From Octopus sinensis (Eukaryota): a stretch of 64,000 nt of DNA. The notes beneath the pieces were generated by a model. The model searched no databases. It saw only the letters and a list, made by a program, of their open reading frames with translations, and was not told the origin of the DNA. The stretch's first letter is position 1, and each line of letters opens with the position of its first letter. The stretch spans positions 45,136,001 to 45,200,000 of the forward strand of contig NC_043009.1 of assembly GCF_006345805.1 (NCBI RefSeq). The letters are read 5' to 3'. Below are positions 23,700-39,755 of this stretch, piece by piece. The position numbers and the translations under genes are program-made.

Positions 23700-23869
23700 A
23701 ACACACACACACACACACACACACACGCGCGAATTATATAAAAATGCGTATGCATATTTATATAATTATATATTTATTTATATATTTATTTATTTATGTA
23801 TGTATGTATGTGTGTGTGTGTGCGTGTGTGCGAATGTGCACTAAAATTTATGTCGATATGAATAAATAA

Positions 23870-23950
<81 letters not shown>
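23700..23950. repeat. Mixed (CA)n/(TG)n/(TA)n microsatellite block
   Basis: Directly visible. Confidence 0.9.
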
Positions 23951-23952
<2 letters not shown>

Positions 23953-26456
23953 TATCGATCTATCGAGCTATTTGCTTCTCAATATCACTTCTCTCATGCT
24001 TACATATAAATTACTTTCAGAGTACATGCGTGTATATATATATGTGTGTGTGTGTGTGTCAGTATAATCGTATGGAATGTATTAAGATATATAGGAAGCA
24101 TTTGGTAAAAAGTACGTGGTGCTCGCAATGCGAATACTTTTGGCGAGGGAAAGACTTGAAGCAGAGAAAATGGAATAAAATCAAACGAGTATTTATTACT
24201 GCGCTTTGCTCGGGAGAATCTAATCCTATACAAATAACGGGATTCGTACTACGGTTGAGCATGGAGCCGTGTATTAAATACACGTGAGATTTTTAAATCC
24301 ATGAAGACTGAACATTTAGTATATTTGTATCTTCTCAATCGATTCTTGAAATTTTCCTTTACGTGGTAGCTACTGATTCCAATAAACATTTCAAGGGAAA
24401 ACTTGCGTTTCTTAAGTGAATGGTTGAACAAATGTGAACAAAAAATGAACAGCAATACTAGTCTTTGCTTGAAACAGAAAAGCATAGAAAATATTTATTG
24501 CTACGTGTTTTGTTAAAATGTTTAACTTTTCTGTTACCTTATTTCTGACAAAATACACTGACTTTGATCACAAAAAATTATGAAAACGTGGAGGGATTTA
24601 CTAAAATAATTTTGTCACTATTAAGTCAGTGTTTGGAATATAAATTAGCATGAATTTTTTTCATCTAAGTTTGTAAATTACCTTAAACCCGAAAGTTTGT
24701 ATGGTAGAAGCAGGGATGGTTTCTGGCAGGTTGGTATCAGAAGGGTTAAAAAAAACTGCTTTTAATTTTTCTGCTTTTATTTTTGTTTACATACTACGAA
24801 CCTTTACACATACACAGGTTTGCATGTGAATTAGCAGACGCGTCAGAGTCGGATGGAATGCTTTTTACTCCGTTTTTGTTTTTATTCCCTGAGTTTAAAT
24901 CTCATCGAAGTCAACTGAGTCTTTCAATCTTTTCGAGATCGATGAATAAAATACAAAAGTTGATGAGATTATCCTTTGGCATCTGTTCCGGCTATTAGCA
25001 TTCAGAGTTCAGTTTCTGCAAACTGTACTGGCGTCGATTAAACCCATCCAACAATTCGTTTCGATGTTGCTTACATTAAGAACCATTGCTACTACTACAG
25101 ACTACCCTTAAAGTGACGGCGGGTATTAGTAGTAGAGCGCTTGTCGTATTTAATTAGGTTGCCTTAGGATATGAATATATTTTTGATATTTAAACAGGAG
25201 AAGGCAGTGCCCATGGCCCTTTACAGGGCTTCTGAAACTAGTGATCCAAGCCTGAGAGCTGGCCCGAATCGCTGCAGCAGATTGGTCTCTGCTAATGGTT
25301 GCCAAGGCAATGGTGTGAAACTGGACAACTGATTAATTCTACCACCCATATAAGTTACGTCGGAATTTGAACTCGGAATGCAAGAAATCAGAATAAATTC
25401 CACAATGCAGTCCATCCAATGCTGTCATACTATCTCAGTCCACTGTATTCTTCCCTCCAAAAAAGTACTTTACTTATCGTCCCAAGAAGTACGAAAGGCA
25501 AACTTGACCTCGGCGGGATTTGAATTCAGAACGTAAAGTACTGTAATATATACTGCAAGATATTTCGTACTATTCCCAAACAATTTGTCATTTCCAGAGA
25601 TCAATAAAAAATTTGTTAGTGAAATATTGGGATTCAAAAATTCTATTATAATTTTCTTTCAAAAAATTTCGGTCTGTGTTTATGTCAGAAAGTCTGGTAG
25701 AGAAGCAAGGTATCATAACAAGTTGCCCTGTCTTGTGTGTTTGGTGATAAAATATGCATTTACTGCTTGCATAACGATATTCTACTTCAGTACATCTATC
25801 CTATACCTTAAGCGAAAAGTCCTGTTGTTCTCTCTATCCACTACGTTACTTGAGTTTTGGCGCACCCGGTCAGCGGGTGATCATTTGACAAATTCCTATT
25901 GCATATTTGTACCTATGGACACACACATCCATACATACACAGATGATATGTTGGAGTAGCTGTAGTCTATGGAACTGAATATAATAAATATTTCCTGAAG
26001 ACCAAAGGTGAATAAAACACAATGTTGAATATAACTGGCAAGATTTGAATTCGGTCATTGACCCATGCTAGTAATTACTGCATAGCATATTATCATCTTT
26101 GCCACCTTTAAAAACTGGATGGTAATTTCACAATAAACAGTATCATCATAATATTAATTATAATGGTTTCAAATTTTTTCACAAGGCCAATGGTTTTAGG
26201 AAGTTGGAGATAGTTGCATGATTATATATTTTATGATTTAATTTTGCATATTTTCGAAATAAGCGAAGATTGAAATCTAATAAAGTTTCATACATAATTG
26301 AGAGAATGAATAAAGTTCGTTGATTAGCTATCATTAGTCGTGTTCTTGCACCATCTTGCAAGAAGCAAATCAATTCTATAAATGTTTTCTCAGTACATTA
26401 CAGCAAGCGACTTTGCTAGTATGTTCTGTATATTCTGTACACATACACAACACAAC

Positions 26457-26529
<73 letters not shown>

Positions 26530-26544
26530 TCACATACACACATC

Positions 26545-26790
<246 letters not shown>

Positions 26791-26802
26791 CACACATATA
26801 TA

Positions 26803-28058
26803 TCAGGTCATCCCATAAATTCTGTACGATTTTACCTTTTAAAAATTGAATTAAATTTTATAGTATTTTAGAATATCTAGTGGAATTAAAAATTACTTCT
26901 ATGCATTTGTGTACATTTAAACTAATTAAATATTATTTTGCAGAATAACAGAATTAAAATTTCTTTGATTAAAACCCTTTCTAACATGGAAGTATCCAAA
27001 GACCATTTAAGGCATATGAGTACAAAAAAGAAAACTCTGCAACCGAAGCGGCTCGAAACATACTCTCAGTTTATGGAAGAGAATGCTTGAATGAAAGAAC
27101 TTGCAGAAGATGGTTTGCAAAATTCAGAAGTGGAGATTTCAGCCTTGAAGATGAAGATCGAACGGGACCTCCAGTTGAGTTTGATGATAAGCTCCTTGAG
27201 GCATTACTTGAAAAAAATCCTGCATTATCAGTGGAAGAAGTGGCAATAAAGCTTAGTTCAAGCCATGCAACTGTTCATAGTCATTTTCAACAACTTGGAA
27301 AGGTTCCTAAACTTGGAAAATGGGTGCCTCATGAATTGTCCGAAAGTAACCGCAAATCCCGAGTTGACATCTGCTCTTCTCTCCATTCTCGCTCATTTCA
27401 CCCTTTTTGGATAGACTTTTGATTGGTGACGAAAAATGGATCTTCTATCGAAATGTTAAACGTCGTAAACTGGTTTGGTAAAGGATGAAAAGCTCAACCA
27501 CAACTGAGAAGAGAGATTCATGAGAAAAAGGTTCTTCTCTCTATCTGGTGGGATTGCAAAGGAGTAATTCACTTTGAATTACTGCCACTTAATGCAAAAA
27601 TCAATGCTCAAGTCTACTGTCAGCAATTAGAGCGTTTGAACCAAGCTTTGAAGTAAAAAAAGACCCGCTTTAGTGAATCGAAAAGGAGTGATGTTTCATC
27701 AGGACAATGCGCGACTCCACAGTGCAAAGATCACATCACGGAAGATCGAAAACCTTGGTTGGGAAAAAATTCCTCTTTCACCTTATTATCCCGACCTTGC
27801 TCCTTCAGACTACCATTTGTACAGAATCATTTGGAAGACATAACCTTCGCAAGCCAGGAGGAGGTCGAAACTGACATTTCAGAGTTCTTCGCTTTGAAAC
27901 CAAGAGTTTTACACTGATGGGATTAAAAGGCTTGTAAATAGATGGAAGGAAGTCATAGATAATCAGGGAAAATACATTGATGATTAAATTTCAATTAAAT
28001 GTAACATTTGATCACTTGTTTTCTTAATTCAAAATTCGGACAGAACTTACGGAATGAC

Positions 28059-28062
<4 letters not shown>
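26803..28062 (+). mobile_element. Full-length mariner (DD34D) transposon, inactive, inserted in (TA)n
   Basis: TIRs ta-tcaggtcatcccataaattctgtacga and tcggacagaacttacggaatgacctga-ta. About 1.26 kb. Confidence 0.97.
26986..27987 (+). pseudogene. Mariner transposase pseudogene
   Basis: MEVSKDHLRH, WFAKFRSGDFSLED, WVPHEL, GDEKW, HQDNA followed 34 residues later by the D of PYYPDLAPSDY, and GKYIDD*. Frameshifts and stops present. Confidence 0.95.
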
Positions 28063-30040
<1,978 letters not shown>

Positions 30041-30310
30041 AGAGAGTGTGAAAGGGGGGAGTAAAAAAAGAAGAGAAAGAATATTTAAAAGAAAATAGTC
30101 TAGTTACTCTTTCTTACTCTCTCACTCTCGATCGCATGTATGTATTTGGGTTCGTAGAATGGGAGAGTCATTGTATATACATGTACATGCCTATATATAT
30201 ATATATATATATATACATACACATACAAAATTACACTCGTACAAACACATGCTGCTTACATTTGTGCAAGGAAACGCACACACACAAATACACGCACACA
30301 CACACACATA

Positions 30311-30449
30311 TGACAGGCCTGCTTTCAGTTTCCGTCTACCAAATCCACTCATAAGGCTTTGGTCGGCCCGAGGCTACAATAGAAGGCATTTGTCCAAGTC
30401 GCCATGAAATGTGCTTGGGAAGCAAGCTCCTTACCACATCGCCACGCCT
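30311..30449 (-). mobile_element. SINE family B 5' half
   Basis: ctttcagtttccgtctaccaaatccactcataaggctttggtcggcccgaggcta...cttaccacatcgccacgcct. Confidence 0.9.
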
Positions 30450-30824
30450 ATATATAATAATATATATATATATATATATATACTCTCTTGTTACTCTCTC
30501 CTTTATTCTTTTATTTGTTTCAGTCTTGATCGGTCGTTCGCTACATTTGCCAGTGTTCGAGCCTAACACACATACGTTACACAGCTTTACGCACTCCCAC
30601 GTCAACATGCATGCACACATAAATACTCGGAGCACACACATTCCACACACCACACGTACTTGTTTACTCACACACATACACACATACACTCACGCTTGTA
30701 CACACATAGTAGCCAGGTTATAATTATCTCCCTTTCTACCAACCTACTTGCTTCTAGTCAATTCAACATGTAAAATCGTCAATCTAGGCACAATTCTTCC
30801 TCTCTCCATTGTATTCTTTCCTCA

Positions 30825-30865
30825 TTTGTTTCTATAAAAGAGCGTAGGCTCGAAACGTCAAAATC
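30825..30865 (+). ncRNA. Degenerate minimal hammerhead-ribozyme-like motif (Penelope-type terminal repeat relic)
   Basis: ttt-CTATAAAA-GAGC-gtag-GCTC-GAAA-CG-TC-aaa: stem II and GAAACGTC are intact, but the CUGANGA box is mutated. Confidence 0.4.
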
Positions 30866-31052
30866 TTCTATTTTCCTGAGTGTCAAACTAATACACCTTG
30901 TTTGTTGCCACCACACCTGTCGCTGTCTTTTGATTTTGGGTTTTGTATAATTTTGAACTCTCTCTCTCTTACTCTCTCTATCTATTTATCTATAATATGC
31001 ACAATATATATATGTATATATATACATGCATATATACATACATTCATACACA

Positions 31053-31118
<66 letters not shown>

Positions 31119-31122
<4 letters not shown>

Positions 31123-31939
31123 GCGTGTCCCAAAAGCGGTCGCAATCTTTAATAATTCTTACATTTTTTTTGCATTTTTCTTTTATTTTCAGGGATTTTA
31201 TGGACTAGGTCCTGGAAATTAATTATCGAAAAACATGGCACCGCACAACGTATCCAAGTGGTGAAATTGTTCTATCGAATCAGGGGTCTTTTATTCAAAC
31301 CCAAAGAGCACCAAAAGAGAATTGTACGCCATAAAGTTTACAGCATGGTGTACAATTACGGCGGATGGGATACTGTGACTGGAATGCTGTTACTGTGACT
31401 GATACACGGCTATGAGCGAGAGCTTTTTGCGCCCGGCCATTCGAAATAGGCCCGATATGCGGTTCCAGCAAGATGGAGCAACTGCTCATATGGCTAGAGA
31501 GACAATACAGTTGCTGACGCAATGTTTTGGAGAAAGAATCATCTCTTGCTACTGCGGCGTCAACTAGCCATCGCGTTCCCCAGATTTGACCAGCCTGACT
31601 TTTTCTTGTGGAAGTACCTCAAGGAGAAGGTTTATGTCAACAAAACAGAAACCCTGGAGCAATTGAAGGAGAATATCACTAGAGAATCAGGTAACTGGAC
31701 CCTGAAACCCTTACACCTGTCATGGGACATATTTTGGAAAGGGAACATATTTGTGAAGCTGAAAATGGACGCCATTTAAAAGATAATATTTTTCATACGT
31801 AATGCAGAGGTTAATGAAATAGAACTAAATTAATTAATCTCTATTATCTCCTCTATAGTGAATTAAAATTTCATACACCTCTTTGTAAAAATAAGGGAGT
31901 TATTAAAAATTAAAAATGATCAGTGACTTTTGGCCAACC

Positions 31940-31943
<4 letters not shown>
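31119..31943 (+). mobile_element. DD41D (rosa/Visitor-type) Tc1/mariner relic, internally deleted
   Basis: FQQDGATAH...*PSRSPDLT.PDFFLWKYLKEKVY gives about 41 residues between the last two Asp, allowing one frameshift. Degenerate TIRs tatagcgtgtcccaaaag and cttttggccaacctata. Confidence 0.85.
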
Positions 31944-32170
<227 letters not shown>

Positions 32171-33034
32171 ACAGATAGCGAGAGTGGGTGGGGGAGAGAG
32201 ATAAGAATAAGAGGGTGGGAGAATGTGTTGTTGGATGAGGTAGAAGCCTTATATTGGCAGCTATAGTCATCGATGACATTTAGATCTTTCAGTATTTGAA
32301 AACATTCTGTAACAAAACCGAAAACTTATATGTAAAGGTCTTTATTTCCAGAAACAACTGACATAGAGCACGTCATCTGATAAATACAAATAAACCCTTT
32401 CTCTACTCTCTCTCTCTCTTACATATCCACGCATACATATACATATGCATACATACACACATACAGACATAGACACGCATATATATATATATGAAATGTG
32501 AATATATTTACGTAAGAAACTACATGACATGGATAAATCAATTATATGAAGTAACAATAGTACGTAAGCTTGAGAATGTAAATTTCTTCCTACTGTAATT
32601 GCAGAAACTAAACCAGATCCGTAGAAGTTACTTTCAAAATTGATTGATATGATGTTGCTGATTTTTCGCTCTAGGCCAAAATCTTATTGAAGAGATTCGT
32701 GTTTAAAAGTATATATTTGGAGATAAGGTGGCCGATTTCTTAAAACGCCGGATCAGATCCACCGTGGAACTTGTTCAAGCTGTTTGGGTTCATGTCAGTC
32801 TGGTTGAAACGATGCTGCTTTTTCAAAAAGAAAAAGACTAAAAAGATTACAAATCAATGAGTGTATCAGTAATCCAGATAGTAATACAAAGTAGCTATTG
32901 CCTGGCAAATTTAATCTCTTTTTAAGGTATTCCGTATTAAAGTCGAACAATGGCGAGTTCACAGAATCATTTGCAAATCGTGTAGAAACCCTTTGCGACA
33001 TTTGAAAGGTACTTCTACTACTTTAGCTGTTACG

Positions 33035-33180
33035 TATTTCAGTTATTAGGCTGTGTCTTTGCTGGGGCACCGCCTTTTAGAATTTTTAGTCGAACTGACT
33101 GAACCCAGTACATCTTTTCTTTCTTTTAAAGCCTGGTAATATTCTATCGGTCTTTGGTGCTGAGTCGCTATCTTCCGGGT
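33035..33180 (-). mobile_element. SINE family B-related 3' tail, decayed
   Basis: tttcagttatt.ggctg...gctggggcaccgccttt...tattctatcggtctttggtgctgagtcgcta resembles 53520-53640. Confidence 0.6.
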
Positions 33181-33889
33181 TCGAATCCCACCGAGGCTAA
33201 CTCTGCTTTTTATCAATTCAGAAGCATCACTTCTGTACTGGGATTGATTCTTCATCTATCCCCTTCTTTCTTTCTGGAAGAAACCGCTAGTGTTCCGATT
33301 TAGAATACGATACACTACGTAAGGTTGGCAAAAACAAAAAAGCAAACCGCCCAAGAATGCCTTATGTCACCATGGGATCCCTTAAGAACTCCTCAGGAAT
33401 TAAGGGCCCTAGCTAGCAAACAGCAACTCAAAGTTGACAAACAACACCTGAAATCCGTTTTGGGTAAAATATTAGCTTATCTGATATACATAATCCAGAG
33501 AATCAGATACTCTCTCTCTTTTCGTCTGTATGCCACAAAATTTAATTTAGGTTTCAAGTCCTATGCAATGCTCAACTTGACGTCAATTTAAATCTGGCTT
33601 TAGTTATAATAACAATATGCACTGCCAAATAGGCCTGCAATAAATTATTCCACGAGTTGTTTAGTTTATTTTACTAGTTTAAAAATTTTTTTTAGTTTTT
33701 TTATAATTTTTCAGGAAATGTCTGTTGTTATTCGTCCTTCGTATTTTGTTTCCTTTCATTTTCCGTTGCATTGCAATAAAATCCCTGGGTTTCGGTGGAT
33801 TGCCAACTTATTTAGCACAGAATAGAAATCAATAGAAACAACGAGAAAAATAATGTGGAATATGCACACACTAAGCCAGATATACAGTC

Positions 33890-34260
<371 letters not shown>

Positions 34261-34576
34261 AGATATTTAAACAGAATATTAAACAAGACCACAGACTTAA
34301 ATATATATTAAATAAGCAAATAAATCACTGCAACAGATAAATAAATATATAAAATTTTGCTGAAAATAAAACATATAAAAATTTATCACGATAAAAAAAA
34401 ATAAAAAAGTTAAATAAAAAGCATCAGCAGCAAAATGAGAAAATAGAAAAGAAAATTAGGTTTGAAAGAAATCTGTCCTCTTTGTAAAATAACGCAAAAT
34501 TAGAAGAATAATTCTCTATCCGCCATTGGCATTTGAACAACTCACAGTAATGACCTGACCACAGCACTATTTAATG

Positions 34577-34630
<54 letters not shown>

Positions 34631-34662
34631 GGAGAGAGAGAAGGGGGGAAGAAGAGAAAGAA

Positions 34663-34694
<32 letters not shown>

Positions 34695-35021
34695 AAGAGA
34701 AAGAAAGAGATATTTAAACAGAATATTAAACAAGACCACAGACTTAAATATATATTAAATAAGCAAATAAATCACTGCAACAGATAAATAAATATAAAAT
34801 ATTGCTGAAAATAAAACATATAAAAATTTATCACGAAAAAAAAAAATAAAAAAGTTAAATAAAAAGCATCAGCAGCAAAATGAGAAAATAGAAAAGAAAA
34901 TTAGGTTTGAAAGAAATCTGTCCTCTTTGTAAAATAACGCAAAATTAGAAGAATAATTCTCTATCCGCCATTGGCATTTGAACAACTCACAGTAATGACC
35001 TGACCACAGCACTATTTAATG

Positions 35022-35075
<54 letters not shown>

Positions 35076-35271
35076 GGAGAGAGAGAAGGGGGGAAGAAAG
35101 AGAGAAAGAGAGAGAGAAAAGAAGCTGGAGATAACGAGATAAATTTATAGATAGAGAGATAAATTGGTAGAAAAATTGATATACAGATAGATGGTTTGAT
35201 AGATATGTAGATCAATAGGTAGATGGACAGATGGATAGATCGATGATTAGATGCATGGATAGACATGGATG

Positions 35272-35304
<33 letters not shown>

Positions 35305-35403
35305 TATTATATATATATATATATAAATATATATATACACACATACACATGTATGTATGCATGCATTGATAAATGGATAGACAGATAGAGTAATAATGTA
35401 GAT

Positions 35404-37560
35404 GAGTGGTTCTCAACCGAGGACTCCAGAGCCGCACGCGGCCCTCTAGCATTCTACCTGCGGCTTCAGATCTTTTTTAAAAAATATTTGAAAAAATATA
35501 GTTAAAGCAATATTTAGAAAGTCCTCATGTATATTACGAAATATTTGTACCAAAATTAAAATATTTTGAAAAATAACAAGCACGGGTGAGTCTTCGACTG
35601 AAATCGCGCTATCTTCGTTCATTCACTGATTCAAGTTTTCGATGACTTTGAGATATACTCGTGCGCACACACTGGCAAGAAACGACTAATCAGACAGGTT
35701 CATCACAGAACAGTAAATGAGCGTTATTGATCTGCACATGTCATGACCTTCGACTATCGGAGTTGATAGAGCAAGAAACCACTGAGTCAGCTATTATTCA
35801 TTCTTTCATCGGCGCAATTGATTATCATCCACTATCATGGCGGAACTACCTTCGAAGAAAGCTCGTACACTTATGCAACAAAATCATGTATTTTAAGCCG
35901 ATTGGGAAGTAAAATATTTTGTGATTGACAAAACGGCAAGACACACTACCATTTCTGTCCTGTGGTGATAAAGAGTTTAATATAGTTTAATGTTGAGAGA
36001 TACTACAAAACTCATTCTGCAGAATATGATTGCTACCAAGGAGAATCAAGGAAACACAAGGCAAACGCATTTCTTCAAACATGTAAGTGATCCTAAAGAC
36101 ATAGCAATGGCATCATACAGAATTAGACACCTTCCGGCTTGCCACATGAAGCTATATTCAGATGGTGAAATAGTGAAACAGGATATCATCGCATTCATTG
36201 AAGGATGTAGTTCTTCTTGCATAAAAGCTGAGAAAATACGGCTCATCAATGACACAGTAACTAAAAAATTTGAATGCATATCTAATGACCTAAATGACCA
36301 GCTTCTCAGTAAATCGTGGGATTTGGTTTGCTATTTTATTGCTCTTGACGATACAAAAGACATTACCGATACAGAGCAACTGGTTGTATTCTTTAGGGAA
36401 GTTAGTCCAGACTTTCAGATTTACGAAGAATTTTTCATGCTGCGTTCTTATTCATGTCCTACCCACTAAACAAAAATTGAATATATATGCTTCGTAGATT
36501 TCGTGCAAACTCGCATCAAGCACATTTGGATCCGTCAAAGCTGTTTTCGGTTGCCCCAGATGGAGGTCCTTCTATGCTTGCATGAAAACAAGGTCTTCAA
36601 GGACTAGTTGCCAGATGGCAGACACAGGACAAACTCCTGAGATATGGCATCACTGCATTATACACTAGGAAACCATGGTTGCGAAGTCGCTGAAAATGGC
36701 CAATGTGACAGAGGCTATAATATCAATCGTAAATTGGATTAGTACAAAAGTCCTGAGCCATCGTAATTTCAAGCAGTTTCTGGCGAATATTTATATTGAC
36801 TATGGAAATGGGTTCATTTACACTACTGCTCGATGACTAAGCCGTGCTGCATGCCTCAATAAATTGCAAGAACTTCTTCCGGAAATGAAAGCTTTTGCTG
36901 AAGGGAAAGTAATCTTACCTCAACTGAGGAACATTTACTTATTTGGCTTTAATGGTTGCTAACAACGATTGCCTTTAGACTTTGAACCGCTCATTACAAG
37001 GCAAGGACAAGCTCCATCGTCAATTGTACAGCACAACACTGACTGTTTTCACTGCAAAGTTTCATCTTTGGAAGACGCCAACTGCTCGTGATACTACGAT
37101 CCGTTTTCCCTAACTTTCTGAGCATAAAGTCAAAAGAATAAGTACAACAGGATCATTAGTAACTTGATAGAAGAATTTGAATGCCGTTTTGGCGACATCG
37201 AGGGTTTCTTGCTCTTGATGAAAACGTTTTCATCATCCAAGGAGATTTCAGATGGAGCTCCTGGACTTGCATTTAGATATGGAGCTAACATCCGCATTCA
37301 AGACTAGTCAGCTATTTGAGTTTGAAGTCAAATCTCAGGGAGGAAACCTAATTTGATTGCTAATATACAGAAAAATGCATCTGTATTTGTTTTAACACGT
37401 GTGTGTAGCACTTTCAGCAAACTGGTGCGTATGAAAACAAAATATTGCACCCAATTGACAGACCATCATATCGACCAGCTTTTGCGTACTGCATCTTCCA
37501 ACATGAACTCTCCTTTTGACAAGCTCGTTGAAAGTCGAAAGCAAAATCGTTTCAAGTTAA
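35404..37560 (+). mobile_element. hAT transposon relic (SPIN/Charlie/GTF2IRD2-like transposase), decayed
   Basis: Left terminus agtggttctcaacc. From ATG 35837: MAELPSKKAR..DWEVKYF, YSDGEIVK, FIALDDTKDITDTEQLVVFFR, HCIIH*E, R*LSRA, VCSTFSKL..KTKYCTQLTDHH. Confidence 0.9.
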
Positions 37561-37789
37561 ATTCCATTGGATCCATAATTTTTTGTTAAGGTCTTCCATC
37601 TATAAATATTAAACATTTTTCTTTAATAGACTTCTCTTTTAATTTCTTTTTGGTGTGCTCCTGTGCCTGCTCCTGTGCCTGCTCCTGCTCCTGCTCCCCC
37701 TCCTTCTCCTCGTCGTCATCATCATGATCATCATACAGCGTTAGCAATGGAATCTTTTCATATTTGATATTTTCTTTTCCCTACGCATA

Positions 37790-38090
37790 CATACATACAT
37801 ACATACTTAAAGACTGACAAGTTCACTCGCTTACACGGTAGAAACATTTATACGCATGCCTATGTATAACATGTATCGCATATATGTATGCATATATATG
37901 TATGTATATGTATATATATATATATGTGTGTGTATGTGTGTGTGTATACATACATACCCTTATATACATATATGCATACTGTTACATATATATATATATT
38001 TATAGTATATATATATTTATAGTATATATATAAATACATATATACATGCATACGTACGCACACACACACACAGAGACACACACACACACA
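37790..38090. repeat. TA/CA/TG-rich microsatellite block
   Basis: Directly visible. Confidence 0.9.
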
Positions 38091-38417
38091 TAAGATCAAA
38101 TTCTCTCAACCGATCAATAAGCCGACGGAGTAAACCTATCAACAACGAACCTTAATATTTACTGGAAACAGCTGTAAGTTAAATTTTCTACAATCAAGAA
38201 AAATATGTAATTACCATCATTTATGCTTTGTCTTGTGTGCGTGTGTGTGTGTGTGTGTGTATGTATGAGGTTGCGTGGCCTAGTGGTTAGGGTGTTGCGT
38301 ATGCTGGCATCTGTTGGCGCGCAACAAAACAACTCCAAGAAATTTTCTTTTTGACACCACTTCATATTTCCGCGTATATATATACTTTTGTAATTATTTA
38401 TGTATGTGTGTATATAT

Positions 38418-38715
38418 ATGGCCCAGTGGTTAGGGCAGCGGACTCGCGGTCGTGGGATCGCGGTTTCGATTCCCAGACCAGGCGTTGTGAGTGTTTATTG
38501 AGCGAAAACACCTAAAGCTTCACGAAGCTCCGGCAGGGGTGGTGGCGTTCCCTGCTGTACTCTTTCGCCACAACCTTCTCTCACTCTTTCTTCTGTTGGC
38601 CTGCTCGCTTAGCCAACGGGGTGGCGTCATTTGAAGGCTAAAACAATGCGAAGCACATTGTGACCAGTGATGTGTAGCAACATCTGATAGCCTGGTCGGT
38701 CACGTGATCACGTGA
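38418..38715 (+). mobile_element. SINE family C head with an alternative (short) tail
   Basis: Matches the 20328 copy up to ctctcactctt, then diverges to ggcctgctcgcttagcc...ggtcggtcacgtgatcacgtga. Confidence 0.92.
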
Positions 38716-38735
38716 TATATATATATATATATATG

Positions 38736-38891
38736 ATATAAATTAAAGATAAAACCACTATTATGCAATTCAAACAATGACAGACATAAATCAAAACATA
38801 AATAACAAATAAAAAGTATTTTTATAAAACGTATAACTAGATCACAAAAAGTATAAAAATTAATAATAGTGGTTTTATCTCTAATTTATAT
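38736..38891. repeat. 28-bp inverted repeat with a spacer of about 100 bp
   Basis: atataaattaaagataaaaccactatta (38736-38763) versus taatagtggttttatctctaatttatat (38864-38891), 1 mismatch. Confidence 0.9.
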
Positions 38892-39465
38892 TTTATATAT
38901 TGATAGTGTGAAATTTGATTTAATACTAAATTGAATTTTTCCCTGTAAGTTTGGAGTTATATTCTCTAATATTATATATAGATAGATAGATAAAGAGATA
39001 AATATATATCGGTATATAAATTTTAAATACGGCTAACGGCATACTGACAAGTAATAATGATACTTAACGGTACGGAGTACTCCTTATATTTATGCATATA
39101 GATATACAAACATATACCAATACTCTGATATGTACACACACATATACACACATATATATATGCTGACAGAATCAGTGACATCAGAAGCGTTCAGCTTCTT
39201 CGAATGTATATTCGATTTATAGTTTTACGGTTTTTTTTCTTGATTTATCTATTCTGTGTTTTTTTTTTGTTTTTGTTAGCTGTTATTGTATGGCAATTTT
39301 TCATTCCTCTCATCCTTACAGACACCTTCATCTCTTTCTTCGATATCCCCACCTCTTCATTTCTATTCCATTTTCCTTACCTCTTAGCCCACCCCGTTTC
39401 CAACTTCTCCATTTTAATAATTTTTAGCTCTGCGTTGTTCTCCTTTTGTGATGCGAAGAGCTTGT

Positions 39466-39680
39466 TTTCTTCTTCTTCTTCTTCTTCTTCTTCTTCTTCT
39501 TCTTCTTCTTCTTCTTCTTCTTCTTCTTCTTCTTCTTCTTCTTCTTCTTCTTCTTTTCTTCTTCTTCTTCTTCTTCTTCTTCTTCTTCTTCGATCGTCAA
39601 CCCTATATATACATCTGCCATATGCTGCTGCACTGCAGCTGCTGCTGCTGCTGACAATAACTATAATAGTAATGATAATG

Positions 39681-39735
<55 letters not shown>

Positions 39736-39755
39736 TATTAATAATAAGATAATAA
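39466..39755. repeat. (CTT)n followed by (AAT)n microsatellites
   Basis: Directly visible. Confidence 0.97.

Noticed and set aside
27087-27422. SETMAR-like host gene
   Set aside because: Bounded by TIRs, frameshifted, and has no SET domain. It is a dead mariner.
35990-36469. GTF2IRD2/EPM2AIP1-like domesticated gene
   Set aside because: Numerous stops and frameshifts and a transposon terminus upstream.
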